From Spirochaetia bacterium (GTDB lineage: Bacteria > Spirochaetota > Spirochaetia > SZUA-6 > Bin103): a DNA stretch of 64,000 nucleotides. The stretch lies in NCBI GenBank assembly GCA_965199955.1, contig CBDATQ010000001.1, positions 704,001 through 768,000 of the forward strand, written 5' to 3'. A program made the position numbers and the translations under genes. Each line of letters begins with the position of its first letter. Position 1 is the first letter of the stretch. Shown here piece by piece: positions 56,465 to 64,000 of the stretch. Below the pieces are notes generated by a model. That model was not told the DNA's origin. It saw nothing but the letters and a program-made list of their open reading frames with translations, and ran no database searches.

Positions 56465-57729
56465 GCTCCGCCGTTCTTCGCGGCGAAAATCGTGAGCTTG
56501 GTGGCGTCGCCGATCTGCTCCAGATGGGGACGGAGGCCGGACAGGCGTTCGGACTCGCGGACCAGCTTGAGAAAGCCCTCACCGCGCGCCTCCATGTAGC
56601 TGGTGCCGGTGAGCGGGCTCTCGTAATCGCGCATGAAGCCCGCCAGGAACTGGTTGCGGCGGGCAGGTTGGCACCCCGCGTACAGGTTCTCGACGGTCAG
56701 CGTGTTGTACAGGGCGCCGGGGTTCTGGAATTCGATGCGCTCGGGGAACAGGCGGATGATGATCTGTGATCCGCGCGCCTCGTAGTCGCGGTGGACGATC
56801 GAATTGACAACGGCTTCCTGAAGCGCAGTCTGCGCATAGCTCGGAAAATCATGGCGGCCGTCTCCGTCCTTCCTGGATGCGGTGGGGATCAGAGGGGACG
56901 ACCGGAAGTAGGTGAGCACCTGCCCGATCTGCTCGGGCAACGGCCCCGTGATGCGCCTGCTGTCAACGGTGTTGCCGTCGGCCGTGTCCTGATGGTAAGC
57001 GGCGACGTCGACGTATGCGCCGGGCAGAAACCGCTCCGGTTGCTCCGCGAACAGGAGTATTCCCAGGTGGGTGGGAGTGACCCCGGAATCGGTCGAAGCT
57101 GCCAGCTTGTGAGTCACGAGCGAATGAGCCCAGTCGTCCGGCCGCGACCAGTCGGGGAAGCGGTCGCGGAAGTACCGCTCCAGCCGAAGATCGTGGAGGT
57201 CGTCCACCGTACTGCCGAACACGGGCCGTTCCTCGATCGGGCTTGCCATGCGGCGGGCGCTCAGCATGCGGGCCAGCCGTTCGGCCGGAATCAGCCGCCG
57301 GTGGCTGCCGATGCGATGGAGAAACCGCCCGTCGCTGGTCTGGTGCACGTCGAACTGTGACGGCGGGATTTCGACGATCAGGCACATCACGGGCGTCTGG
57401 TCGGCGCTTGGCAGGTACTCCCAATTCAGGGCCGGAACGATCATGGGGATGCAGTTGACCGTCGCCGCGTTGATGACGAACTGCTCCAGGAGATCGCGCC
57501 TGTCCGGATCGACACCGACCGGCAGTCGGTCGGTGTCGCGGACGCCCATCACGACCATCCCGCCCTGCGTGTTCGCCATGCTCACGAACACCTCGGCGAG
57601 CCGCGCCCCCGAACGGGACTCATCGCGTGCGAACGCGATCCGGTTCCCGCGGAAAACCACCTCCTTCAGCTCGAGCTCGGTGTCCTCGCCGGCTCGAATC
57701 GAGGCGATGAGGGCGTTGGTGTCCAGCAT
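56461..57729 (-). CDS. Schlafen AlbA_2 + HATPase_c_4 domain protein (second paralog)
   Basis: GEDTELELKE, SMANTQGG, GVRD; EAVVNSIVHRDY, NPGAL, RRNQ, EARGEG. Confidence 0.85.
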   Translation of the reverse strand: MLDTNALIASIRAGEDTELELKEVVFRGNRIAFARDESRSGARLAEVFVSMANTQGGMVVMGVRDTDRLPVGVDPDRRDLLEQFVINAATVNCIPMIVPALNWEYLPSADQTPVMCLIVEIPPSQFDVHQTSDGRFLHRIGSHRRLIPAERLARMLSARRMASPIEERPVFGSTVDDLHDLRLERYFRDRFPDWSRPDDWAHSLVTHKLAASTDSGVTPTHLGILLFAEQPERFLPGAYVDVAAYHQDTADGNTVDSRRITGPLPEQIGQVLTYFRSSPLIPTASRKDGDGRHDFPSYAQTALQEAVVNSIVHRDYEARGSQIIIRLFPERIEFQNPGALYNTLTVENLYAGCQPARRNQFLAGFMRDYESPLTGTSYMEARGEGFLKLVRESERLSGLRPHLEQIGDATKLTIFAAKNGGA

Positions 57730-58081
57730 GGCTTACGCCTTCACGTGCGTTCTTGGCGCCACATGGCGCTGTCCATGCTCACGTTGCTGTTCTTTTTCAC
57801 CAGTCGATGCTTATTGATCGAATGTACTTCGGCTGTCCCGCTCTCGGCGGGGTCCGGGGCTCTCGCTAGCGTTCCGTTGCATCTCTCGCACATGTTAGCA
57901 GAGTGGGCTCTCGTTGGACCTTGGCAGAATTGTAAAGTCCCATCTTATTTCGGATACATCGACAGATATCTCCACAAGAAACTCAGTCTATCGAGAGTAG
58001 CAGAACTCTGAGACCAACGGGCGGTTCAGTTGCCGATTGACGCGTTCTATAGGTTGAGGCTGAGGACTCGAAGTTGAAAGT

Positions 58082-58885
58082 TTAGGTGCTCTCCTGCTCG
58101 GCCCGCCACTGCTCGTACTCGCGCTGGCCTTCCTCGCTCAGTGGGTAGTACGTGCTGATCGAGCCGCCCTCGGCCAGGCGCAGGCGGCTGAACTCCTCCC
58201 ACTCCTCGTGGGCGGTCGTGCCCACGGCCAGGTCGCTCGCCATCTTACGGGGCACGATCACGGCGCCGTCGTCGTCGGCGATGACGATGTCACCCGGCAT
58301 GGCCAGCACGCGGCTGACCGCCACCGGCACGTTGTACGCCCACGGGAACAGCAACGCCTGCGAGGCGTAGTGCGGGGTGACCCCCACCGTCCAGAGCGGC
58401 AGCCCGATGTTGCGCACCTTGGGCCAGTCGCGGATGCAGCCGTCGACCACCAGGCCGACGCCGCCGCGGCCCTTGAGGTAGGTGATCAGCATCTCGCCCA
58501 GGCAGCCGGTGTAGCGGTCGCCGTACGCTTGCACCACCAGCACGTCGCCGGGCCGGATCTCGTCGAGCACGCGCCACAGCGCGCTGACCTTCTCCGTATG
58601 CTCCTGGCCGATCCCGGAGGCGATGTCCTCGCGCTGCGGCATGAACTGCAGCGTGACGGCGGTGCCGATGGTGCTGGTGCCGGGCAGCCGCTGCACCGGC
58701 CCCTGGACGAAGCTCTGCCGCACGCCCATGCCGTGCAGGCCGGCCGCGGCGGTGGCGGCACTGACCCGGCTGAGCTCCTGGATGAGCGCCGGGTCCGCGC
58801 GCGGGAAGTCGGGTCCGTGAATGGGCAGCGTCAGGCCGTCCGGCATGTGCTGCGGACCGACGCGCCGTTCCTCGTGGTCTGACAT
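58082..58885 (-). CDS. RraA / HMG aldolase family protein
   Basis: GTAVTLQF, GEML, DGCIRD, PGDIVIADDDGAVIVP; AGGAGG RBS. Confidence 0.85.
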   Translation of the reverse strand: MSDHEERRVGPQHMPDGLTLPIHGPDFPRADPALIQELSRVSAATAAAGLHGMGVRQSFVQGPVQRLPGTSTIGTAVTLQFMPQREDIASGIGQEHTEKVSALWRVLDEIRPGDVLVVQAYGDRYTGCLGEMLITYLKGRGGVGLVVDGCIRDWPKVRNIGLPLWTVGVTPHYASQALLFPWAYNVPVAVSRVLAMPGDIVIADDDGAVIVPRKMASDLAVGTTAHEEWEEFSRLRLAEGGSISTYYPLSEEGQREYEQWRAEQEST

Positions 58886-58913
58886 GAGTCCTCCTTGGCG
58901 GGTGACCCGATGG

Positions 58914-60833
58914 TCAGTCCCAGGGGGTATGGTAGCCGGGCGCGCCGGCATGGCGGTCCATCACCAGGGAGAGCCTCAGCTCGGTGCCGGCCGGCAGCAC
59001 CACCTGCAAGTAGCGGCCGTCCGCCTCCATCGTGCGCGGTTCGGTGTGGACCTCCGGCGGCGAGCCGTTGCCGATGGCGCCGGGGTAGTCGCTCACGCGC
59101 TCCCGGAACGCGGCCTCCCGGAAACGGTGCTCGCCGAAGCCGCCCGCCTGCAGGATCACGGTGCGGTCGGCGAGGCCGCTGGTGTTGACCAGGTGCAGGT
59201 TCAGGCTTCCCCGGTCGACCGACGTCACCAGCGCGGCCACGTCGGCGGGCAGACCCGGCCGGCGCCGCTCCGCGTCGAAGTAGCGCAGCCGGCAGTTGAA
59301 CAGGCCGCCGTTGTAGATGATCTGCGGCGAGCCGGTGGTCAGGTGCACCAGCGCCTCCGTCGTGATCGGGTTGGCGTCCTGCCAGTGGTGGATGTGCACG
59401 GTGGTGATGTCCAGGTCGTCGCGGCGGATCTGGTCCAGGCGGCGGCTGGCCTGCGCGTACGCCTGCCCCAGGATCGCCTCCGGATAGTCCGGGTTGTCGC
59501 CGCACAGATAGGCCAGCCACGCCGGCTCGTGATCGGCGTCCTCCTTGCCGCGCATCGGCACCACCCGGCGCCAGTCGGCGGTGGAGCGGGCGCGGATGGC
59601 GAGCAGCCGGTTCCAGTCCTCGGCCTCCTCCGTCACGTTCCAGAGCGCGGCCGGCACGCGGGTCGACATGGGCTGGAAGTCGAACCAGCCGTGATCCCCG
59701 TAGCGGTAAGGGACGACGAACTCGATCTCGTCCGGCGGCTGCGTGGCGAAGAACTCCGGCAGGCTCATCTCCAGCTCGGCGTACGGCAGGTCGCGGCCCT
59801 GCTCCCAGACCGCGTCGAACTGCTGGCGCGGCAAGTCCAGGAAACGCCGTTCTCCCGAGATCAGGAAGGCGTTGAGCGCGGCGTCGACCGCCGCGTAACC
59901 GATGTTGTAGTAGCCGTGCGGCCAGGTCCAGCCGTACAGCCCGCCGTACCACTTGCCACCCAGGTATTCGCCCACCTGGCCGGACTGGCCGATGTTGTCG
60001 GGCAGCAGCCCGCCGTTTGCCTCCGCCCTGGCCAGCCACGCGTCGGTGTACTCCAGGACCCACTCGCGGTAGCGCTCCTCGCCGGTGAGCAGGAACGCGT
60101 TGGTGATCAGGCTGGTGACGCACAGGTTGCCGGCGACGTCGCCGCGCCCCATGCGCTCCTCCATCACCTCGCCCATGCGGCGCGCCAGAGCCGGATCGCG
60201 CAGATCGTCGTAGGACGTGATGCGCGGCACATCGTGGTACGGCAGGCCGTAGCGGGACATCCTGGGGGACCATCCGTAGTTCGGTTCGGTGTCACTGAGG
60301 CCCCAGCGCGGACCGCCGGCGCCGTTGTGCGGGGCGCGGATCAGGCGCCGCTCCCGGTCGTAGTTGGGCGCCTCCGGGTCCGATCCGAGGTAGAAGCCGG
60401 CGAACCGCTCCGCCCGCTCGCGCAGCAGCGCGTTGCCGGGGTCGGCCAGGCACAGGGCGTAGAAGTAGATGTAGCTCTCCGACTGGTGGAACTGGTCGTA
60501 GCCCAGCTCGTACTCGCGCGTGACCACGCCGTAGGAGGTGAGCTGCCGGGTCACCGCGTCCCACTGCCGGTGGCTCAGCGGCAGCAGCCGGTCGCCGCCG
60601 CCGAGCAGGTAGTACAGGGGCCAGTTGCCGAAGCTCTCGTAGAAGTCGTCCCCACCGTCGCGGCTGGGGTACCCCTCGGTCGCGGCGTCGCGCCAGATCA
60701 GGGTGCCGTCGGCAGCGGTGTATTTGTCCAGGAACGGATCGACCGACGCGTCCAGCAGGTCGAACAGTCGCCGTTCCAGAACCGCCCAGGCGGGAAGTTG
60801 CGTGTATGGCGTGGTCGCGGTGATGGAGGTCAA
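58914..60833 (-). CDS. Conserved hypothetical protein (predicted alpha/alpha toroid)
   Basis: 639-aa ORF with host codon bias; DDFYE, YDQFHQSE and LPDN motifs; co-oriented with the RraA gene. Confidence 0.7.
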   Translation of the reverse strand: MTSITATTPYTQLPAWAVLERRLFDLLDASVDPFLDKYTAADGTLIWRDAATEGYPSRDGGDDFYESFGNWPLYYLLGGGDRLLPLSHRQWDAVTRQLTSYGVVTREYELGYDQFHQSESYIYFYALCLADPGNALLRERAERFAGFYLGSDPEAPNYDRERRLIRAPHNGAGGPRWGLSDTEPNYGWSPRMSRYGLPYHDVPRITSYDDLRDPALARRMGEVMEERMGRGDVAGNLCVTSLITNAFLLTGEERYREWVLEYTDAWLARAEANGGLLPDNIGQSGQVGEYLGGKWYGGLYGWTWPHGYYNIGYAAVDAALNAFLISGERRFLDLPRQQFDAVWEQGRDLPYAELEMSLPEFFATQPPDEIEFVVPYRYGDHGWFDFQPMSTRVPAALWNVTEEAEDWNRLLAIRARSTADWRRVVPMRGKEDADHEPAWLAYLCGDNPDYPEAILGQAYAQASRRLDQIRRDDLDITTVHIHHWQDANPITTEALVHLTTGSPQIIYNGGLFNCRLRYFDAERRRPGLPADVAALVTSVDRGSLNLHLVNTSGLADRTVILQAGGFGEHRFREAAFRERVSDYPGAIGNGSPPEVHTEPRTMEADGRYLQVVLPAGTELRLSLVMDRHAGAPGYHTPWD

Positions 60834-60849
60834 GGTCCGCTCCTGCCGG

Positions 60850-61458
60850 TCACGCTTCCGGAAGCTCGTTGCGGAAGTTGTCCTCGGGCCCGAACGCCTC
60901 CCAGGCGGTGTTGAAGAAGGCGCGCTGTGCGTCGGTCAGCGTGGCCATCGTCTCCGGGCCGGGGATGCGGTCGGGCTGCCAGTGATAGGTCGCCGCCCGG
61001 TCGTTGTACTTGTAGAGCAGGCCGTAGCGCGGCTCGTCGGCCTGCCAGCGGTTGGCTCCGTGGGCCAGCGTCTCGGTGAAGATCCGGTCCCCCTGGACGG
61101 TGTAGCGGAAATTGACCCGTCCGCCGCGATGGCCGCCGTGCATCTCGAACTGCGGGCAGCCCTTGGAGCGCACGAAGCTGTAGGCGCTCTCCAGGCGCAG
61201 CTTGGGCCCGATGATCTCGGCCAGCACCTCCATCAGCTTGGGGTGGTCGATCAGCGAGATGAACGGCTCGCCCGCCTCGACCAGGCCCGCGCAGCGGTGC
61301 CAGGTGCCGTTGGCGTCGTAACCGTCGGGCGTCTTCTCCAGCGGCTGCATGCGCTCGGTGATCTTGCGCTTGGCCGTCTCGCACTGCTCGTCGGTGAGCA
61401 CGTCCTCGACGAGGAGGTAGCCCTGCAGGTCGAAGAGGTACTTCTGCGTGGCCGTCAT
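60850..61458 (-). pseudogene. Phytanoyl-CoA dioxygenase (PhyH) family gene with an apparent in-frame internal deletion
   Basis: KYLFDLQGYL N-terminus and FTETLAHG C-terminal motif are present; the central GG...IPGSHK segment is absent (202 aa). Confidence 0.65.
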
Positions 61459-61534
61459 GGCCTGAGCCTATGTGTCTACGGGATTGCCGCGCAAGCGCAC
61501 GCCCGACGACGCCTCCCCGATGACCCCGCGGCAC

Positions 61535-61949
61535 TCAGGGCCAGCGTTCGAAGATGCGCTCCGCGTTCTCGTGCAGGATCGCGTGACGCGCCACATCGGA
61601 GATCCTGGAGAAGAGCACGCAGCCGATGCCGTAGTGGGGGTTGAGCCTTCCTGCAGCGTCATGCTGCGCAGGAAAGTCATGTCCTTGACGGCTACGATGA
61701 AACGGAGAAACGTCTGCAGCGGGTATTTCTCCAGCGATCGCATGTAGATCATGCCGTCGAACCACGCGTTCCAATGGGTGACCGCCACGAACAGGACGAG
61801 CGTGGCGAGTGCGGCCAGCGAGGTCGGGATGTAGATCCTCCACAGGATCTTCCAGTGGCCGGCGCCGTCCATCGCGGCCGACTTCTCGAGCTCCACCGGC
61901 AGCCTGCGAAAGAAGTTGAGCAGGATCAGGACGTTCCAGACGGGAACGC
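61535..61949 (-). pseudogene. Fused remnants of an ABC permease (C-half, about 61650-61949) and an amidohydrolase C-terminus (61535-61650)
   Basis: ELEKSAAMDGA...HWNAWFDG...YPLQTFL, then NPHYGIGCVLFSRISD..RHAILHENAERIF* in another frame. Confidence 0.75.
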
Positions 61950-62495
61950 CCGCCGCGTGCGCCGGCGGGTTCAGGTACGGCCCGATGATGTCGGCCGCCT
62001 TCTGCTCGAAGTCCGGATCGTTGGAGCTCATGTAGCGCTCCAACCGGTGCGGGTGCAGCCGGTGCTTGCTCCATACCCGCGCCACCATCATGTGCGACAC
62101 GCCCAGCTTCGCTGCCAGGCGGCGCGTGCTCCAGTGCGTGGCGCGCCATCGGTCGGCGCCTTGCGCGTGGCGTTGAGGATCCTGGCCTCCACGCTCGGGG
62201 TGCAGCGAAACGGCTTCTGACCGCGGTGCCGGCTGTACAGTCCTGCCAATCGCTCGGCCCGAAAGCGGCCAGCCCACATCGCCACGAAGCCGCGGCTGCA
62301 CTCGGCTCGTTCGCACACTACGTCCCACGTGAGTCGCTCAGCGAGCAGCAGAATGACGCGCGCACGGCGCGCATCCTCGGCTCGACCAGTGCGACTCCTG
62401 GCCCGCTTGGTGAGTTCGCGATGCTCGGCTTCGGTCAATACGATTCCCTCTCTCATGCCTCCAATTATAGTACTACATCAGATGTTACGGTCCAT
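61950..62495 (-). mobile_element. Truncated, frameshifted second IS630 copy (left end plus 5' half of the transposase)
   Basis: Near-identical to 43563-44106; 2-bp insertion near 62142; ends ATGGACCGTA next to TA at 62496-62497. Confidence 0.92.
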
Positions 62496-62537
62496 TAGAG
62501 CGGCACCATACGCGCGTCAACCCGATAGAATGCACGG

Positions 62538-63974
62538 ATGAGCGGCCCGAACGTCCTTCTCATCTGTGTCGATCACTGGCCCGGGGCATTGCTGCGCGCC
62601 GCCGGCCACGAGCACGTCTTCACGCCCACGCTGGATCAGCTCTGCCGCAACGGCGTTCGCTTCGCGCAGGCCTACACCACCACGCCGACCTGCATCCCGG
62701 CGCGGCGGGCGCTGATGACCGGCACCAGCTCGCGCACGCACGGCGACCGCACCTTTCGCGAGCACGAGCCGATGGACCCGTCGCTGCCGACCATGGCGCA
62801 GACCTTCCGCGACGCGGGCTATCAGGCGTACGCGGTCGGCAAGCTGCACGTCTATCCGCAGCGCGACCGCATCGGCTTCGACGACGTCATCCTCAACGAG
62901 GAGGGCCGCCACCACCTGGGCGGCGGCAGTGACGACTACGAGCGCTACCTGCACGACCACGGCCACGGGGGTCAGGAGCTGACCCATGCCATGGGCAACA
63001 ACAGCTACACGGTGCGGTCGTGGCACTTGCCCGAGCAGTTCCACCAGACGTTCTGGACCACCCGGCAGATGTGCGAGACGATCCGCCGCCGCGACCCGAC
63101 CCGGCCGGCGTTCTGGTACTGCTCGTACACGGCGCCGCACCCGCCGATCACGCCGCCGGCCGACTATCTCCGCCACTACGAGCACTTCGGCGTGGACAAG
63201 CCGTTCATCGGCGACTGGGCGCGCGACTTCGACGCGCTGCCGCACGCGCTGAGGCTCTACCGCGGGCGGCGCAACGACGGCCTGGACGGTGAGGAGACGC
63301 GTTTGGCGCGGATGGGCTTCTACGCGCAGTGCACGTACATCGACCACCAGATCCGCCTGCTGATCGGCCAGTTGCGCGAGGCCGGCCTGCTGGACGACAC
63401 GATCCTGATGTTCACCTCCGACCACGGCGACATGCTCGGCAACCACCACCTGTGGGCCAAGCCGCCCATGTACGAGTACTCGGCCAGGGTGCCGATGATC
63501 CTGGTCGGCACCGCCGCGGACGAGAGGGTCGGCGCGCGCCGCACCGACGGGCGGCTGGCGGCGCTGCGCGATGTGATGCCGACCCTGCTGGACCTGTGCG
63601 GCATCGACGTGCCGCCCACGGTCGAGGGCGAGTCGCTGGTCGGCGAGCCGCGCCGCACCCACCTGTACTGCGAGCACCACGAGGGGCCGGCGGCCATGCG
63701 CATGCTCCGGCGCGGCCGGCACAAGCTCATCTACTACCCGGCCGGCAATCGCCTGCAGCTCTTCGATCTGCAAAGCGACCCGCGAGAGCTGCACGACCTG
63801 TATGGCTCGCCGGAAACCTCGGAAGTCGCCGTAGAGATGGAAGCGCTGATGGCAGGCGAGCTCTACGGCGAGGACCGCGCGTGGGTACGCGACGGCCGCC
63901 TGGTGGGCATGCCGGAGCCGGCCTACGAGTACCAGCCGGACCGCGGCCTGAGCGGCCAGCGGGGCTGGCGGTGA
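62538..63974 (+). CDS. Sulfatase (formylglycine-dependent)
   Basis: CIPARRALMTG (CxPxR), GKLH, FTSDHGDM, LFDL..DP.E. Confidence 0.93.
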   Translation: MSGPNVLLICVDHWPGALLRAAGHEHVFTPTLDQLCRNGVRFAQAYTTTPTCIPARRALMTGTSSRTHGDRTFREHEPMDPSLPTMAQTFRDAGYQAYAVGKLHVYPQRDRIGFDDVILNEEGRHHLGGGSDDYERYLHDHGHGGQELTHAMGNNSYTVRSWHLPEQFHQTFWTTRQMCETIRRRDPTRPAFWYCSYTAPHPPITPPADYLRHYEHFGVDKPFIGDWARDFDALPHALRLYRGRRNDGLDGEETRLARMGFYAQCTYIDHQIRLLIGQLREAGLLDDTILMFTSDHGDMLGNHHLWAKPPMYEYSARVPMILVGTAADERVGARRTDGRLAALRDVMPTLLDLCGIDVPPTVEGESLVGEPRRTHLYCEHHEGPAAMRMLRRGRHKLIYYPAGNRLQLFDLQSDPRELHDLYGSPETSEVAVEMEALMAGELYGEDRAWVRDGRLVGMPEPAYEYQPDRGLSGQRGWR

Positions 63975-64000
63975 GCGCCCGCGACCTGCACGGCTGGGCG

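Noticed and set aside
57745..58011. 88-aa plus-strand ORF in the low-GC tract
   Set aside because: No RBS, no motif and atypical composition; not supportable as a gene.
1..64000. CRISPR array, rRNA or prophage
   Set aside because: No regularly spaced repeats, rRNA signatures or phage structural genes were seen.

Overview
A 64 kb window from a very GC-rich bacterium. Spirochaete affiliation is inferred from a short AlaRS, a DUF6657-like protein and a FliG-paralog domain. A host-associated (e.g. sponge-symbiont) lifestyle is a weaker inference from the accessory gene families. The left third (1-20.7 kb) is housekeeping: alaS (runs off the window), asnS, tRNA-Phe(GAA), hisC, an argR-C-B-D-G operon with ARG boxes, tRNA-Pro(GGG), a putative lipid-modification cluster and pyrE. 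The middle holds a MoxR-DUF58-membrane protein-MoxR operon, an amidohydrolase/Rieske pair, a heparinase-like lyase, a sugar ABC transporter with a duplicated permease, and beta-helix proteins. The right third (41-64 kb) mixes catabolic genes with lower-GC conflict-type genes: two Schlafen/AlbA_2-HATPase proteins (one coupled to an orphan ParA-like ATPase), an intact HEPN/MNT toxin-antitoxin pair and a YchF-like protein with no G-domain. It also has two IS630 copies (one intact, one truncated) and many pseudogenes with internal deletions. No CRISPR array or rRNA was seen. Family assignments come from motif recognition only; no database search was run.
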